Shown here piece by piece: positions 36,474-50,164 of a stretch of 64,000 nucleotides of DNA; within the stretch, counting starts at the first letter, position 1; the number at the start of each line of letters is the position of its first letter. The stretch covers positions 17,484,001-17,548,000 of the forward strand of contig CM060732.1 of assembly GCA_030704615.1 (NCBI GenBank), read 5' to 3'. Made by a program: the position numbers and the translations under genes. The stretch comes from Takakia lepidozioides. Its lineage: Eukaryota > Plantae > Bryophyta. The notes under the pieces were generated by a model. That model was not told the DNA's origin and made no database searches. It was given only the letters and a program-made list of their open reading frames with translations.

Positions 36474-36742
36474 GTTTTGCTGCTGTGTTATCTTGATGGC
36501 AGTCAACCTAATTTCTAGCTAGTCCATGTGTTTACTCGTTGAAGTGCATATCTTACACATTCAGTTTTATTCCATGTTTCACATCTTAGACTGCAGCCTC
36601 ATGCTTTGTTTTGCTGCTGTGTTATCTTGATGGCAGTCAACCTAATTTCTAGCTAGTCCATTTGTTTACTCATTGAAGTGCGCATCTAACACATTCAGCT
36701 CTATTCCATGTTTCACATCTTAGACTGCAACCTCATGCTTTG
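36474..36742. repeat. Direct tandem duplication of ~134 bp (2 copies)
   Basis: GTTTTGCTGCTGTGTTATCTTGATGGCAGTCAACCTAATTTCTAGCTAGTCCAT..CTCATGCTTTG occurs at 36474 and 36608. Confidence 0.95.
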
Positions 36743-38214
36743 AGGCAGTGTGTTGTCTATACAGACACATCATGGACAATCGGAGTCTATTTTCCTCCAC
36801 CAAGACTGCTACTAACAAAGATCATGAACACAAGTTGTGAAATTTCTCAGTTTTGCAAGTCTGACTTCAGAAATTGTTTTCTGACACTTTCCATGAATGT
36901 CGACTTCTTTTCTGGAGAAATGAGCTTTCCAGGTATTGGACCTTCCATAGATATGTTGTACGTTCGTGGTTGAACTGTGTGCTAACATTGAGCTGGAACT
37001 CTCGAGTGACCTTGATGGGCCGTTTGAACTCTTGGTAATGCTGGGGTCAGCTGGCTTCTCCTCGCTCCTCTCTTATTGGCGCGCATGGCTCAAACTAACG
37101 GTTTGATGATTTCCTCTTCGACTGTTGAGATTGAACAGTGATTTCCAGACGAATAGGAGCAAGGTAATATTCGTCCCTGGTAGACTCTTCATTGCAGGGG
37201 TTCATGTAGTGCTCATAAGAGAAGAGCAAATATTTCTTTGCAAGAGAAAATGGTATTTCGCCAAGAACATTGGCATAGGGAGGGTTCCGGAAGGATGTAA
37301 GCATAGGCACTCTCTTTCTCAACTGGATTCCATACCATATGTTTCCTTTTGTTACGCATTCTCCTTTCTGTAGTCTCTATGCAAATTAAAATGTCTTGGA
37401 CTTCTTATTCTGAAGGGCTCAACTAAATATCAGTCCTTCATCTCCAACACACGTGTAAAATTGTTTGCTGTCCAAAGAGGAGTTAATGTAACTCTAAGGT
37501 GAATGATGAGAAGCAGATTGAGAGGAGCATGTCTGTTGAGCGGATCGTCACGTTGCAGTGCCGCTTTATACCTTTGAATTTGGAAAGAAGGCGCCCTTTC
37601 TTTTCAACATCAGATTTAAAAGGGCACTAAAGGTCCGTAATCCTGTGCGCAAAATTGATCACTCTCGATTGATCATTCCGCGAGTGAGTGGTCATTAAGA
37701 GTCTCCTGGAGACTGCAGGCTCTTACAATCATAATTGTATGGGGAATGGGCTGGTGTTGCGAACCTTGAGGCGCGATTATCTGAGTGTCCACCTACATGC
37801 GCTTCTCTGTATCTAAATGAGGTCTCCATCTTCACGAACACCTTCCAGAACCTCTCGAAGTTGAATCATGTGCATTTGGGGGTCGCGCTTTTGTTATATA
37901 TATATATATATAAGAGCAGGGGACAGTAAGGAAAAAATAACCTTACAATGCCATGAAGGCTGAGGATCGAAGTTCCACTCAGAGCCATTCTTTTCCTTGT
38001 ATCATACTTCCTTTGTTTCAGAAGTGCTTTGAATATCCCGTGGATGTTGTAAAGCTTGTTGCTGGCCCCACTCTCTTTTTTGTGTCATGCTTTCTCCTGT
38101 CCAATAAGCTGTGGGAGCTTTGTGCGTACTTTGTAAAGTGTCATTTCAATTTATTTATTTTTTTAAAGGGTTTTTTCTAAGAGAACAGGGGGATTGTAGC
38201 CTTTTAAAACTTTA

Positions 38215-41200
38215 TTAACAAGGTAAGGAAAAAATAACCTTACAAGAGCCATGAAGAAGCAGTGAACCAAGATGAAGCCAGCAGAATTTGATTGGCGACA
38301 AGAGCTCTGCCAACCACAGTGAGGTGCAGAGAACTCTGGTATGAAAACTTTCTTTTAAGCCCGGTAAGCACTGCAGCAAAGCGGGTTTCATCACTGAGAC
38401 CATGGCCGATTACATGGCCTAAGGATTCATGTGCTTGCCCATCATCAAGCCACTTTAAATCCAGATCCAATCCCCAAGGATCACAGTGATTTGTTGTGGA
38501 GCCATGAGGCAACAGGCTCAAAATCCCAACTGATTTTTGCCAATTGATTTTCAATCCCGACGCCGCACAAAAGTAGCCAAGAGAATTAAGAGTAGAAGCC
38601 ACATTGGAATTGGAACTGTTATCAATGTATAAGGTAGTATCATCAGCGTATAAGGAAGATCTAATAGAAGAAGCTGTTGGGTCCAAGGAATGAGAGTAGA
38701 CAAACCCAAGGAATCTTTCCTTTTATCCATGAGGTGGCCTAACCCATCAGCGGCAATGAAAAAAAAGAAGGGAGCCAAGGGGCAACCCTGTCTGATTGAG
38801 TTGAAAAGCGGAAAGGATCTAGAGAGGGGACCAGTGATCATCACTCTACTGGATGCAGATGACAGGAGAATGTTGATCCAGGACAAAAAATTCCCATTGA
38901 TTCCAGACGCCTCCAAAGCTCCCAGCAGATAGGCGGGCAGTTGATACTATCAAAGGCTTTCTGGAAGTCAAGCATCAAAATGGCCAAAGGCTGATGTTCA
39001 CTGAAGGCAGTTTGAAGAGCTTCGTTGGTAAGCAAGATATCGTCAAGAATCATCATATTCTTGATGTTTACTCGGGCCTAATGAGCTTAGGGAGCAAGGG
39101 TTGCAGCTGCAAAGCAAGAGCCTTTGCCAGGATCTTGTATGTAGAATTCAGCAAGGTAATAGGCCTATAATTGGTCAAGACATCACGACTTCCGGAGAAA
39201 GCTGAGAGGGCATGATACCCTTGTCAAATGATGTCGTTGGTCATACATAAGAAATAATCACCAGTGCATTCCCACATTTCCTTAAAGAATTCCACCGGTA
39301 GTCCATCCAATCCAGGGTCTTCATGGAGCTCAGGGACTCAGTAGCTTCAAGCAACTCCAATGAAGTGAATGGTTTGGATAACCTGGTCTGATCATTAGTG
39401 GATAGAAGGGGAGGAAATGATTGAAGGACCTCAGCTCTGGAGGCATCAATAAGAGAGATTCTGGCTGCAGGGAAAAGAGAACAGCAAAGTGGTTAGCCTC
39501 TTCAGAAGCCATATCCTTGGGCCTGGTTAAGGCGCAACCATTAGAATCAGTATGAAACCGATAAGAGTTGCCTCCCACCGCTGCTTAGCTTTTTGAAAAA
39601 AGTAGGCACTCATCTTATCTCCCTTTAAAGACCAATTGATCCTTGCCCTTATCCTCATGAAATTGTCTGTCTCGACCGCTAGGGCACCCAGGTTGCGCTT
39701 GGCAGTGAGGTAGGATTCCATTGTAACTAGATCAGGATTGCCACTTTCCATCCTTTTCTGGCAAAGAATAAGACACTTTGTGGCCTTGTGCCTTTTTGAC
39801 CTTTCAAGAGCCAAAGATTCTGAGAAGAGCTGGGCTTTCTTCCTAGTGGCCAGAAGCTTGTGCAAGAAGGAGACCGTACCTAGGAGACATGAAATCATTG
39901 CCAGCCGCTGACTAGACTTGTTTCAAAGTTTGAAGATATTCAGCCTTCTTCAGAATTGCTGGATTCAATTTGGAGCAGCCACGTCCTGTGGAATGCAAGC
40001 CAGGTGGGTTGAAAGACACCACCACTGCCGAAAGAGGTGACTGCGAGCAGTAAATCCTGTCCAGTGCCATACTTAGATTCGGGGGGAGCTTGAGATTGGA
40101 CCAAGTAAATCTGAGGCCAGAAGGAGAATCAGTATAGGCATCAGCCAATCCAACCGAGAAGCACTGAGCATATCCCAGGCGATTTGCTCTGTGTCTGAAA
40201 GGAAGTGGGAAGAGTGAGCCAAACGGTTGTTGTAATTGTCCACCATATTGAAGTCTCCCGCAATGACCCAGTTGATAATATGGGGGAGATTCACAATTTT
40301 TCCCCTAATAGAATCCCACAGGGCGGCTCGCTCCAATGAGGAGTTAGGGATATATATTGAGAAATGCAGTGTGACCGAAGCTGGAATCAGAGACGGTGAA
40401 GGCGCATTGAACACGGCCCTGTTCCCAAATTTGAACCTCCTGAATAGAAGAAGCCAGAGCCGGGTGACCAGTATTGCAGTACCACCATGAGAGGAAGCTG
40501 TCGTTGGGTTCCACCAACAAGAGGACTGAGGCCAGAAGGTGTTGCCTATAGAATTAATTTTGTTGATATCTAACTTGGTTTCTTGAAGGAAAATGATAGC
40601 AGGGGAGGACATGAGGGAAGTGGCCCACTGCTTTACCCTTCTATGCTTTGGCACCGTGGCATCGGATCCAATACCCCGCACGTTCTAGGAATGTACAGTC
40701 CAAGTCATGTAGGGAAGAACAAGCAGCCCATGGAATGGATTCCATGATTTGATGGCTGGGGGGATCTGCTGCTCCAGCGAGCAATGAAGAGAGTAACCCA
40801 TAGCGAGAGAAAGCACGGATGTAGAGAGCTTGCAGGGGCAGTCGAAGTGTTCACAAGCAGATTTTTCAAGATGGCCAGAAGGCAAAGGCATTGCCAATCC
40901 ACAACTGGGAAGAAGGCATACTCTCACAACTCCAAGGATGAAAGCAACGACTCCGGAGGTGTGCATAGGCCAAGGAGCGAAGCCAGTTATGGAGATGCCA
41001 GGAAGAATAAGCCCTGTTGCGGTCCCTGAACCAACCAGCTCAAGAGCTGGGCACAAAGAGGGGAAATCCCATCCAACATCAGAAAACCACTCAACTGAAA
41101 GCAGAAGATTGTGTCAGAGCTCACCGGGGAGGGTGAGACGATATCCAAGTCCATCAAGGTAAATATCTTGTCATCCGAGGGCAGGTCAGATTCTGATCTG

Positions 41201-42499
41201 GGGTTTCTTTGAATGTATAGAATCTGCTCCACTATTTTCATACCGCTGCTGAAGATGGCAGCCAAAAATTTCTTGTTCCCAGCGTCACTGAAATCCTCTA
41301 GGATCTGCTTCCCAGCCAGCCAATTTAGAAAGGAGAAGGAAGCGTCTTGCAGACTCAAATCAGAGCGTCTGATAGTAGGGATGAGCTGAATAGAATAGTT
41401 GCCAGAGGAGCATTGATGTAAGAATGAGACCTTCCCTGGGGCTGAGAATTTGAGAAGGGGAGGGGGTAGATAACACCCTGGGCTTTTTTGATGGAGGAAC
41501 ATCACTTGGAGACGCATCTTGCCTAGGCCTAAGGGGACCCTGCTAGTTGATCTCCTTGGCAGGCAAATCAGCTCCCTGTCTCTGAACAGTTGCCACAGAC
41601 AGAGAAAGCAGGTTAGAAATTTTAGCTTTCTTGTTCTGCGGACAGTCCGCCTTTATATGACCTTCCTTGTGACAGAGGATATACTGAGGCATTCTTGAGA
41701 TAGTGATGTAAGAGTTGTCCAAAGTGGGTAACTTCAAAGATTCCAAAATCTTTGAGGTTTCAGGCATCCACACTAGATCTTTGGTACCCCTGATTCCCAG
41801 GTGGGTCCCAGGTGGGATCCAGGTGTCCGTCCGAATCAATGCTGAGAAGATCCGAGTCCTCAAAATCATTCACATTCATAGAGCCGATGTATGCTCCAAA
41901 CTCAGCACCAATTTCTGGCAGGGAGCGGAGATAATTGCCAGGCAGGTAGGGTAATGCAATTATTCTTGGTCTACAAGTTACTCCCAACTTGTGCCCCCAA
42001 TCGGCAGACCATGGGAAAATGTGCACCCTGAAACTTGATTTCCTAACATTAAACTTCAAAGCTTTTGAGGCAAACTCCACAGAGCTAGACATGATTGAGA
42101 AAAACCCTATGCCCCAAGGATGACAGAAATGGGGAGTGAGCCCTCCATCCACTCCAAGTCAATGTTCTATTGTCCACATGCAAGCCCAATACCTATCTCT
42201 GACTCTTCCAGGGAAGTGTAACAAGATTCCCTGTTCTGAGAGAAGTTTGGAATGATCTTTGATTACTCCCATGTCCAGATTTAGAATCGGCCGGTCTTCA
42301 ATGGAGACCGCAGCAGCCTCACTCCAGGCTTCGGTTTGTCTATCAGGCCCAGAGAAGAGGAAAAAGGAGTAGAACCAAGCAAACCCGGGCCACCTTGTCT
42401 GCTATAGTTCGAGCTTCTCTTGCGTTCACGGTAGGGTCTGTTTGCACGGTATACATTGGATCTTGGTAGTCCGCCCGCAGCAGCATTGACACTGGCCAT
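38215..42499 (-). mobile_element. Degenerate L1-clade LINE: ORF1 (42499-~41000) and ORF2 endonuclease-RT (40708-38215), 3' part missing
   Basis: ORF1 zinc knuckle (Y)ILCHKEGHIKADCP. Endonuclease motifs S*NVRG, FLQETK, IAGDFNMV, LDRIY. RT motifs LDFQKAFDSI, SIRQGCPLAP, LYADDT, SGLKINWQKS. Many stops and frameshifts. Confidence 0.93.
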
Positions 42500-43793
42500 A
42501 GGAAGAGATGAGATGAAAAAGAGAACCCAGAATGTCGCGCACCTCACTTTGGTAAACTCCCCTTCAAGTCATAGTTACTCGCTTTGATGCGCGCGTCTAA
42601 CTCCCAAACTGGCCGCCGGGCCAACTCGGAGCTTCGGCTGCTCACTGAGGCATAACGGTCCCCCTTGCGCCTCAAAAAGACCCTCCACCACTTTGGCCTA
42701 CTGGAAATTCCCTTTGGTAGATGGCAGTCCGGAACAGCTCCCCACACCTTGGTCGCTTTCCGGCTCGCACGCTTACTCACTAGCTTTTGGTCACCAACGG
42801 GCTTGCACCGTTCTCGGGGTTACTACTCCCTATATATACTTCTGTAGGTGTCCGCGGGGGTTCCACAAGTAGCCCAGTCCAAATCTGGTGCACCACCACC
42901 TAGACCCTCAACCTTTCGTGGTGAGTCGCGGTGAGTCTTGGCCCACCCACCATGGCCCCAATGGACCGCGGTGAGTCCCAAGACTCCCCACGACTCCCAC
43001 CACAAGGCCTCAGCCTCATGGTGAGTCCTATGCCACCCCCACTACGACTCCCTACGTTACCACCACCCCTTGTGGAGCCCCCACCACCGCAACCCGGTTT
43101 GTGGGGCTCCACCTAGTGTGCGCCTCCGCCTCTTTGGGTGCCTTCGGCACTCAAGGGTGCTTCAACCCTCTTTCCTATTGGCTGCCACTGCCCCCACCAC
43201 AGGGGCAGCCCCTCTTGTGTCCCGACCCCGCCCTCAAGGCAAAGGGCCGCAACACACACCCCTACCAACGAGGAGTCGATGTCCTCATCGACTTGTCCCT
43301 TTTTGTGGAAACTAACATCCAAGTTGTGGCGTCCCACATCAAGGAGTTTGTTTCCGTACCATAGCATCTCATGGCAAAGAACCAAACCCCCACTTGACTC
43401 TACTCTCCACTAGCTAGTTCGGTCGATTTCCTCCAAGTTCCAGCCAAGGGTGGAGCCTCTCAAGCTCCACCCAGTGCATTCTTCTTGGCCCACTTCCAGG
43501 CCAAGGAACGATCCTCCCCGAGGATCGCATCGCCTTACTGCAACAACATTGCTTGCGACCGCTCATGATGCCGCTTTTTGGCATCACCCTGAGCAAGGGT
43601 TTACCTTGAACTTTTTTTACTAGAAAGATAACCTTGAACCAACCGTGCGCTCCAATCACTACAATTGGGTCTGCCTTGGAATGTTGGCCTGAGGTACGGG
43701 AACACATCGAAGTCGCACTACGACTGCGTCCCGACGCTTTTTACATTTTTGTTCGAACACGTCCTCTGTTTTACTGACTGGGTTTATCTGCAG

Positions 43794-44964
43794 GCAAAAA
43801 ACATTCGAGTGCTTGACATCAACCACTTAACCAACAAAAAAAAATTGCAAAGGAAAAGTTGAAACGAATTTTTAAAAGCTTCAAATTGATAATGACAATG
43901 TTGCTAAAGAGGTTGACGGTGGAGACGATGATGAGGATGAGGAAGTGGAGGATGAAGATTTATAAGAAGGAGGAGGACATTCCGAACACATGGAGGAGGA
44001 CGAGGGCATCGAGGGTATCAAGGGTAACGAGGACAACGAGGGCCACGAGGGAATCAATGCAGACACTTGGGAGGCTGGACACCTTGATGTGATTCAGGAC
44101 TTCAAAACTCAGTCACTGGATGGACTTGAGAACCCCACGGAAGACGTTGCGGTCCACAAGGTCGTGATTCTTGACGGGGGATTCGTCGAGTTCAAGCGAG
44201 AGAACTAAGAGTAATCCTCCGTCACCCTCAAGGGGTGGCGAGGCCAGTCCATGGAGGTGGGCGGGAATCTTGTTCGGAGTACTGAAGAGTGGTTCAAACC
44301 TGTAGAAGGGGACAAGCCGGCGCCAATGTCCCCGTCTCCCGCCAAAGACAGGGTAGAGAGAGCGAGGACTAAGAGCCCGTCTCCCGCAAAAGACAGTGGA
44401 GACAGAGCCAGGACTAAAAGCCCGTCTCCCGGAAAAGACAGGGGAGGTAGAGGCAGGACTCATAGCCCAACTGACTCTCAAAGTGTCTCCCAACATGTCA
44501 ATGTGGATGTAGGTAACAAATGACACTTGGAGATTTATGGTGTCTTTAAGTATTTTAAATGGAACAAATTGTATGTATTGCATCTGGTTGTGTTCTGGTT
44601 ATGGTTTGTCAATAGCTAATCTGTATTTTGATTTTTTTGTTTGGCGTCATATTCCCACCTCCTTCAACTTTACATGTGACTGACGGTTACGAAACTCATA
44701 TAGATCCATGAACGGAAATTGAAGGAAATTACACAAACACGGACAGAATCCATCGCGACTCAAACAGTGAGGAGGCAGGTGGACTTAACAATCAGGGTCA
44801 ACCCACCTGATCCGGTCATTCAAGCAACCTCCACTGCACAGTCGACGTTGCAAGATAGAGGAAATGAGTCGGAGATGGTCGTTGCTCAGTGCGAAGGAAA
44901 AGAAAGCGAGCAACCACAACAGCAAATTCGGAATCCCTCCCCGAAACGGGTATACAGATCATAA
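43794..44964 (+). pseudogene. Decayed spliced gene segment with acidic and SP-repeat low-complexity exons, probably cargo of the Mutator-like element
   Basis: CAG acceptor at 43793; D/E-rich frame; tandem KSPSPAKD repeats at 44330-44440; GT donor at ~44513. Confidence 0.5.
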
Positions 44965-45042
44965 CCATCTTAGAAATGTTCTTCTTTGTCATTCTTCTAG
45001 TTTTCAAAATGAATTCATTATTCTGTTATTCCACATGATGAT

Positions 45043-46643
45043 ATGATTTACCCTCCAATCGACTATCACCAATCTATGAACCCACAGGATGGGTATCACC
45101 TCTCTGAGGAACCGAATGGATGTCGATCAGGATACTATGTCCTGGTGCTTGACGTCGGTTACCTTGGTGAGGTTTACCTCCGAGATGGACCGAGATCCCC
45201 TCCCGCAACCCATCCTTGTATCTGCGTTGGAAAATTCAAGCTTGCAGTCCGAAATGGTTTGGACGACTTCCTGAAATGGGTCCTTAAACATTTTAAGGTC
45301 TAATTTTGGAACACTGGACCGTTAGAAAATGTCCTGGATATAGGGCTGGCTTTGTTTGGAAGAAGGTTTTATAAGGTCAGGGAATTCAGCAATGAGGACT
45401 ACATGAAGCATAGACAGACTTTCAGTGACCAATAGCCCAAATATCCGAAAGCGCCAATATATCTTAAACGTCTTTATGACATTATCACTGTAGACGACAC
45501 TGTAGCGTACAAATCAAACACACATCTCATCGACACTGTAGAAAATATGTATAAGTCTTACTTGAACCCCAAGTCGATCGGTATCTTCCTTCCAAAATAT
45601 AAAGCGCTCGTCGACCCATACAAGGACAGGTTTCTTCTGGATGAACTCAAACCGCACATTGACGAGTTGTGGTTATCCGGAAAAGACGCTGATATATTCA
45701 ACGTGGAAAAACCCATAGGGTGTCGACCGTATAATGACCCAAAGGTCAAATGCCTCTTGCTATGGGATTTGCAATGGTAGATTTATCTTAGAAAACAAAA
45801 ATTGTCTGACACTTCCTTGGAACAGATTGAAACATAGATGGCTACTAAAGATTTTCCTGAACCTCGACTATCCAGTGGTCGTTGCTCCCAATGTCAATCT
45901 TGTCCATGGTTTATCTTGATTACCACCTAAGTGGATGTATGAATTTCTGACAGATTGCAGCACCTGTTTCTCCACTTGCAAAATCTTGAAACACCAGAAG
46001 AGCTAAATGTCCCCAGGATGTCAGAGATCAGACTACAGGATACCAGCTCTTGTTGGATTTCCACTTATCTATAGGCAGGAAAAATATCGTGAGATGTGGA
46101 CAGAGTTAAACAAACATTTTCCGTGTAGGAATATGGAGCTGCATGATGTACAAGAACTTGCAGCCTGTCTTGGATTTTATGCTTTGGGGTCTTCCTCAGC
46201 CGACATTCGTTATGTCTCAAGAAGATTGTATCTCATGTCCTACTTCTGTCCACCCTCAATTTATATCAGGATACGACCCACCGAGTCTGTTCTTAAAGCC
46301 ATTGATGACGGTCTGGCAAAGATTTGGTGGTCAGTACAACAGGAGTAACACTCTCCTCATTGACGATTCTGCTATTAAGTGTGTGTTGAACCCGCCTGAA
46401 TCATGTCTGATTCCAAAATCGTTTGAATCCGTTGACACGGACTCTTGCTATCTCCAGAAGGTTCTCCAGAAATATTTGCTTGAAATGAAGAAATCTCACA
46501 CCGTTTCCAGTTATCTCAAGGAAAAGAGGATAGGACTTAAGCCTTATCAAAATGTTTCTACCGATCCCAAGTTTAAGCCTCTCTTGGATTATATTGACGA
46601 TTCTCATTACCGGAATCTCCGATATGTCGATGCTTCAAAATAA
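45043..46643 (+). pseudogene. Gene with two tandem FCP1/NIF-like (HAD-fold) phosphatase domains, degenerate
   Basis: Domain 1: VLVLDV..VRNGLDDFLKWVLKHFKV*FW..IYLKRL..NTHLID..YKSYLNP. Domain 2: FRVGIWSCM..VMSQEDC..LFLKPL..YNRSNTLLIDDSAIKCVLNP. Confidence 0.8.
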
Positions 46644-47334
46644 AGATTTCATTGTTCAATCACGTCTATGTTGTAATCTCAAATTTTGGTTGGTTTTTCT
46701 CTAGGTTGCATTGTATTTGTATAATAACTATTGTCTATTGTGCTTGTCGTTACAATTTGAATTGACATGGAATTGTTTGCTATCTCTTAGTCTTACACAT
46801 GCGTTTCTCCATCATTTACATCCCCGATCCTCTGGGATACAGGCCTTCTCCGAAACTCGTCTCGGGGGCTTTTTCAAATCCGACAACCTCCACTGTTCAG
46901 TGGAGGTTACCTTTTATCTGTACAATGACCATGTAAGTTCATTTGGGCAAGTTCGTGGAAATGTTGCCAATGCCAACTTCTCATCGGAACCTCCATTGGA
47001 ATCCTTTATATCGTAAATTCGTCGACAGAGGGACAACATTCACACTACTGTTGAGATTTATGTCATCGACGGTAAAGCATCATCCAGACAATTGGCTTCC
47101 CTTCAATTAGAGGTTAGCTATTTCATGAGCATGAGCGGCATGAGCGGAGTAGTAAGACAATCGGTTTTCATGAGCAGAAGTATAAATTTTGGAAATAAAA
47201 AACATTTAAAAACAATATTTTAATGGAATGTGTCAGAACAAAACTAATATAATATTCATTGTTTGAAGCTGAAATCGTAGTTTTGGGAACCGTGCTCATG
47301 ATATTTCCTCTTCCGCTCATGGAAATTCCGAGCG

Positions 47335-47665
47335 ACATCTGCAAAAATGGCGCCGAATTTTGCGGTAATAGGTTCCGCAACCAAAGAAAACTGCGACGTA
47401 TTTTGCGGTAATAGGTGCCTCTGGCGAAAAATGGTGCCAAATTTCGCGGCTATAGGTCCCAACATGCCAGGTGTGTTAGCCCAAAATTAAAAAAATGTGG
47501 CGCCGAATTGGTAGATGGTGCCGGGGATTGCACAGATGTTGGGCAGTTCTGGGCCATGTAACTGGAAATTCGGCGCCATTTTTCCAGACATCGTTCTCGT
47601 AAATGTTAGGACTTAGCCAGTTTTTGGCCCAAAATATGGAAATTCGGCGCCATTTTTCCAAAAAT
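47335..47665. repeat. Cluster of AAAATGGCGCCGAATTT motifs in both orientations
   Basis: About 5-6 copies; same motif as 58881-59377. Confidence 0.85.
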
Positions 47666-47862
47666 CTTCTGTTTCGACATTGAATTGCCATTGGACGTCA
47701 ACGGATATCCAGAAGTCCATAGTGTTTAAAAGAGATTACTTTAATATTGTCTGTCTCATTCCTGGAGTTTTGGGGTGCATTTCATTACACTGCTTGCAAA
47801 ACAAAGTCTAATGCATAAAAATGCAATTGCAAATATCCATATGGTGGATTCCCTTTGCCCCA

Positions 47863-50152
47863 TCACTGATTTTTGGAATCCCGGCGGAGGAGTTTGTGCA
47901 GCTCGTTCACGCTCAACGCTGGTGCATGAACAAAGTCATCAATAGTCAAGTTCATCCTCAACCTCTTCAGGTAAATGTAATACAGATGCTTACACGGATA
48001 ATACTTTGTCCCATTCTTTGCTTCCATCAACGAGAAGTCCGTACAATTGCAAGTCGACTCCACTCCGATTGTAATTGTGTATACGTCGTCACGTACAGCT
48101 GAGCTGGCCATTGCCATCCGATAAACACGCCCAAGGCCGGGTGTGGGTACGTCCACGGAGCTCTGAATAGTGCAAGCCATCCCAAGAGCATTGGCAATCC
48201 AAGTCTCATTCAACTTGTTGGGAGGGTGTTGTCTCTTCACTCTTCCGAATCGCATTGTGGGATGTGCAGAATTGTCCAATCCGTCTCTACTGGACCGAGC
48301 AGTCTACACTGGCTGGGTCTGAGGAACTGGAAATGGGTGCGTCGGGACGTCTGTGCGTTGCACCATTCGAAATCCTGCTGCAAAAAGAGCATCCGCCTCA
48401 TTTTGAGAGAGGTTGCAATCCGGTGCAACAGGCCAGACGCCCGGAGGCTCCAGCATTCCCTGAATCCCATACTTGGGCTTGCCAAATACACAAGTCATTA
48501 TGTCGTGCCTACAGAACCAAAACGTCTGCGTTGTGGTGTAAGAAAATATGGGAGTCAAAAATTTGCTGCTGAAACAAGGTGCAAGTACAGCACCGTGTGG
48601 GTTCCTCCGAATCATCTCACCACAACGTGCTCTCGTATCCACCCGGATGGCGCAACACTTCCCTCGAAATGCCGGCAATGTCCTTGCAATTCTCCACTGC
48701 GACTCCGACACTTTGGTCTCCACAATGGGTATGTTGTATTGCGTTACTACAGATGGCTCGTTATGTACCTCGGGCACGTGCCCTGTGCTCAAAGGAGATG
48801 GCGATCTTGAACGTGCAAGACTTGCGGTGCTCGACGAGACCTCCTCGGGCAACATCACAGGACAACGAGGGAGCGTTCGAATATTCTTGTCAGCTCGCCA
48901 TGAATCCTCTTCTCCGCCAGGTGCCTCGTCAAGTCTTCGTCTCACTGGACGGGTGTGAACATCTCATTCCAAGTGTTGGCCTCTTCGAAGCAATGGCGTG
49001 TCTTGAAGGCCCTCTCGCAAGGCTGCCGCCCACTTCCGAGGATTCTTTGATCTGGAGGCAATCCACTCAGCATTTCCTGCCTGTCCGGCCCCAAGCCCCA
49101 CTGTTTTCCTTTCAAGAACTCGTTGTACCTGCATTGCTATATAATTGACCTCATAATGTCCTCCGTTGTGGCAGTGAGGATGTCCACCAGATGCGCCGCA
49201 GAAGAGGCACGCCAGGAAGAATGTACTGATTCGGCCATGTTTGTTGTCGGCATGTCGGTGTCGGAGTCCAGACACATTTCCTGCACATGCACATATTGAG
49301 GTTATAAGCAAGTTACAAATAATGACTAGCATAATATTCAACGGGACGCGAATTCGTCCAACTCACCTCCCGCATATAGTCGCCGAATTGGAGGAAACAA
49401 TAATGCCACCATGCTAGCCAACTGACCATTGCTCCCTCGTCTGATTTCTTTACAACACCTAACGTTGTCCACCAAGCCCGTATACATGCAAACTGTGTCT
49501 CTGCATCATCCAAGGTGGGAGGACGCTTCCACGCAAGACACATGGAACGGTGCTCCTCTCTGAAATTTGGCGCCATGGTTGTGTACTGCGACAAGCTCTG
49601 TAGAAAATGGAACCCACAAGATCTCTCCTTGTCTTCCATCGGAACATTGGGGTCTTCCCCGTACACCCTTCGGATGGCAGCCCAATTTGCTTGTGCGTTG
49701 TCCGCCATGAAACCACGGAAATTGGGCGGGGGCAATCCCGCCCTGGCCATCTGTTCGTTTATTCCCTGCCAAAGAAGCATCTCCGATTGTGTGTCCTCCC
49801 CTTTCATCTCACAAATAGCAATTGTCATTAGCATCCTGCAGTGGGTGTCGTAGACATGTGCACCCATTGTCACCCACTGGTGATTTGTAATTCGCTTGAT
49901 ATGGTCGAACATGACCCAACTGTTTGACAAGTCCCCACTCGTCATCTGGTGGACCAATTCCACCCGCTGCCAGGCCCACACGTGGACATTTTGAATATGA
50001 AACAACGATCTGCCTCAGTCCCTTGTCCTGGAAACCTACTTCCATGAATGTAGTCATATCCACATCGTCGCTTCACCTCCAGAATAGAGTGCATATCCGA
50101 GCCTCGCCCAATTCTCTGTTTGCAGGAGACAATGTGGTTTCGGACATTCGGT
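47863..50152 (-). pseudogene. Mutator-like (MULE) DDE transposase with C-terminal SWIM zinc finger; 5'-truncated, one intron at 49366-49281
   Basis: WVMFDHIKR (D1), FRGFMADNAQANW (D2), SCGFHFLQ (CxxH), and PTTNMAESVH (E) after the splice. SWIM reads CNCTDF..YYPCKHLYYIY. Several stops and frameshifts. Confidence 0.88.
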
Positions 50153-50164
50153 GAACAGGCGTGG

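Noticed and set aside
37926-38256. 33-bp near-duplicate (37926 and 38223) as a LINE target-site duplication
   Set aside because: Both copies are on the same side of the LINE and correspond to ORF2 coding sequence; it is more likely a small LINE-derived fragment.
42850-43700. Possible second LINE ORF1 (DUF4283-like) remnant on the + strand
   Set aside because: Only a Pro-rich tract and vague similarity; too degenerate to support.
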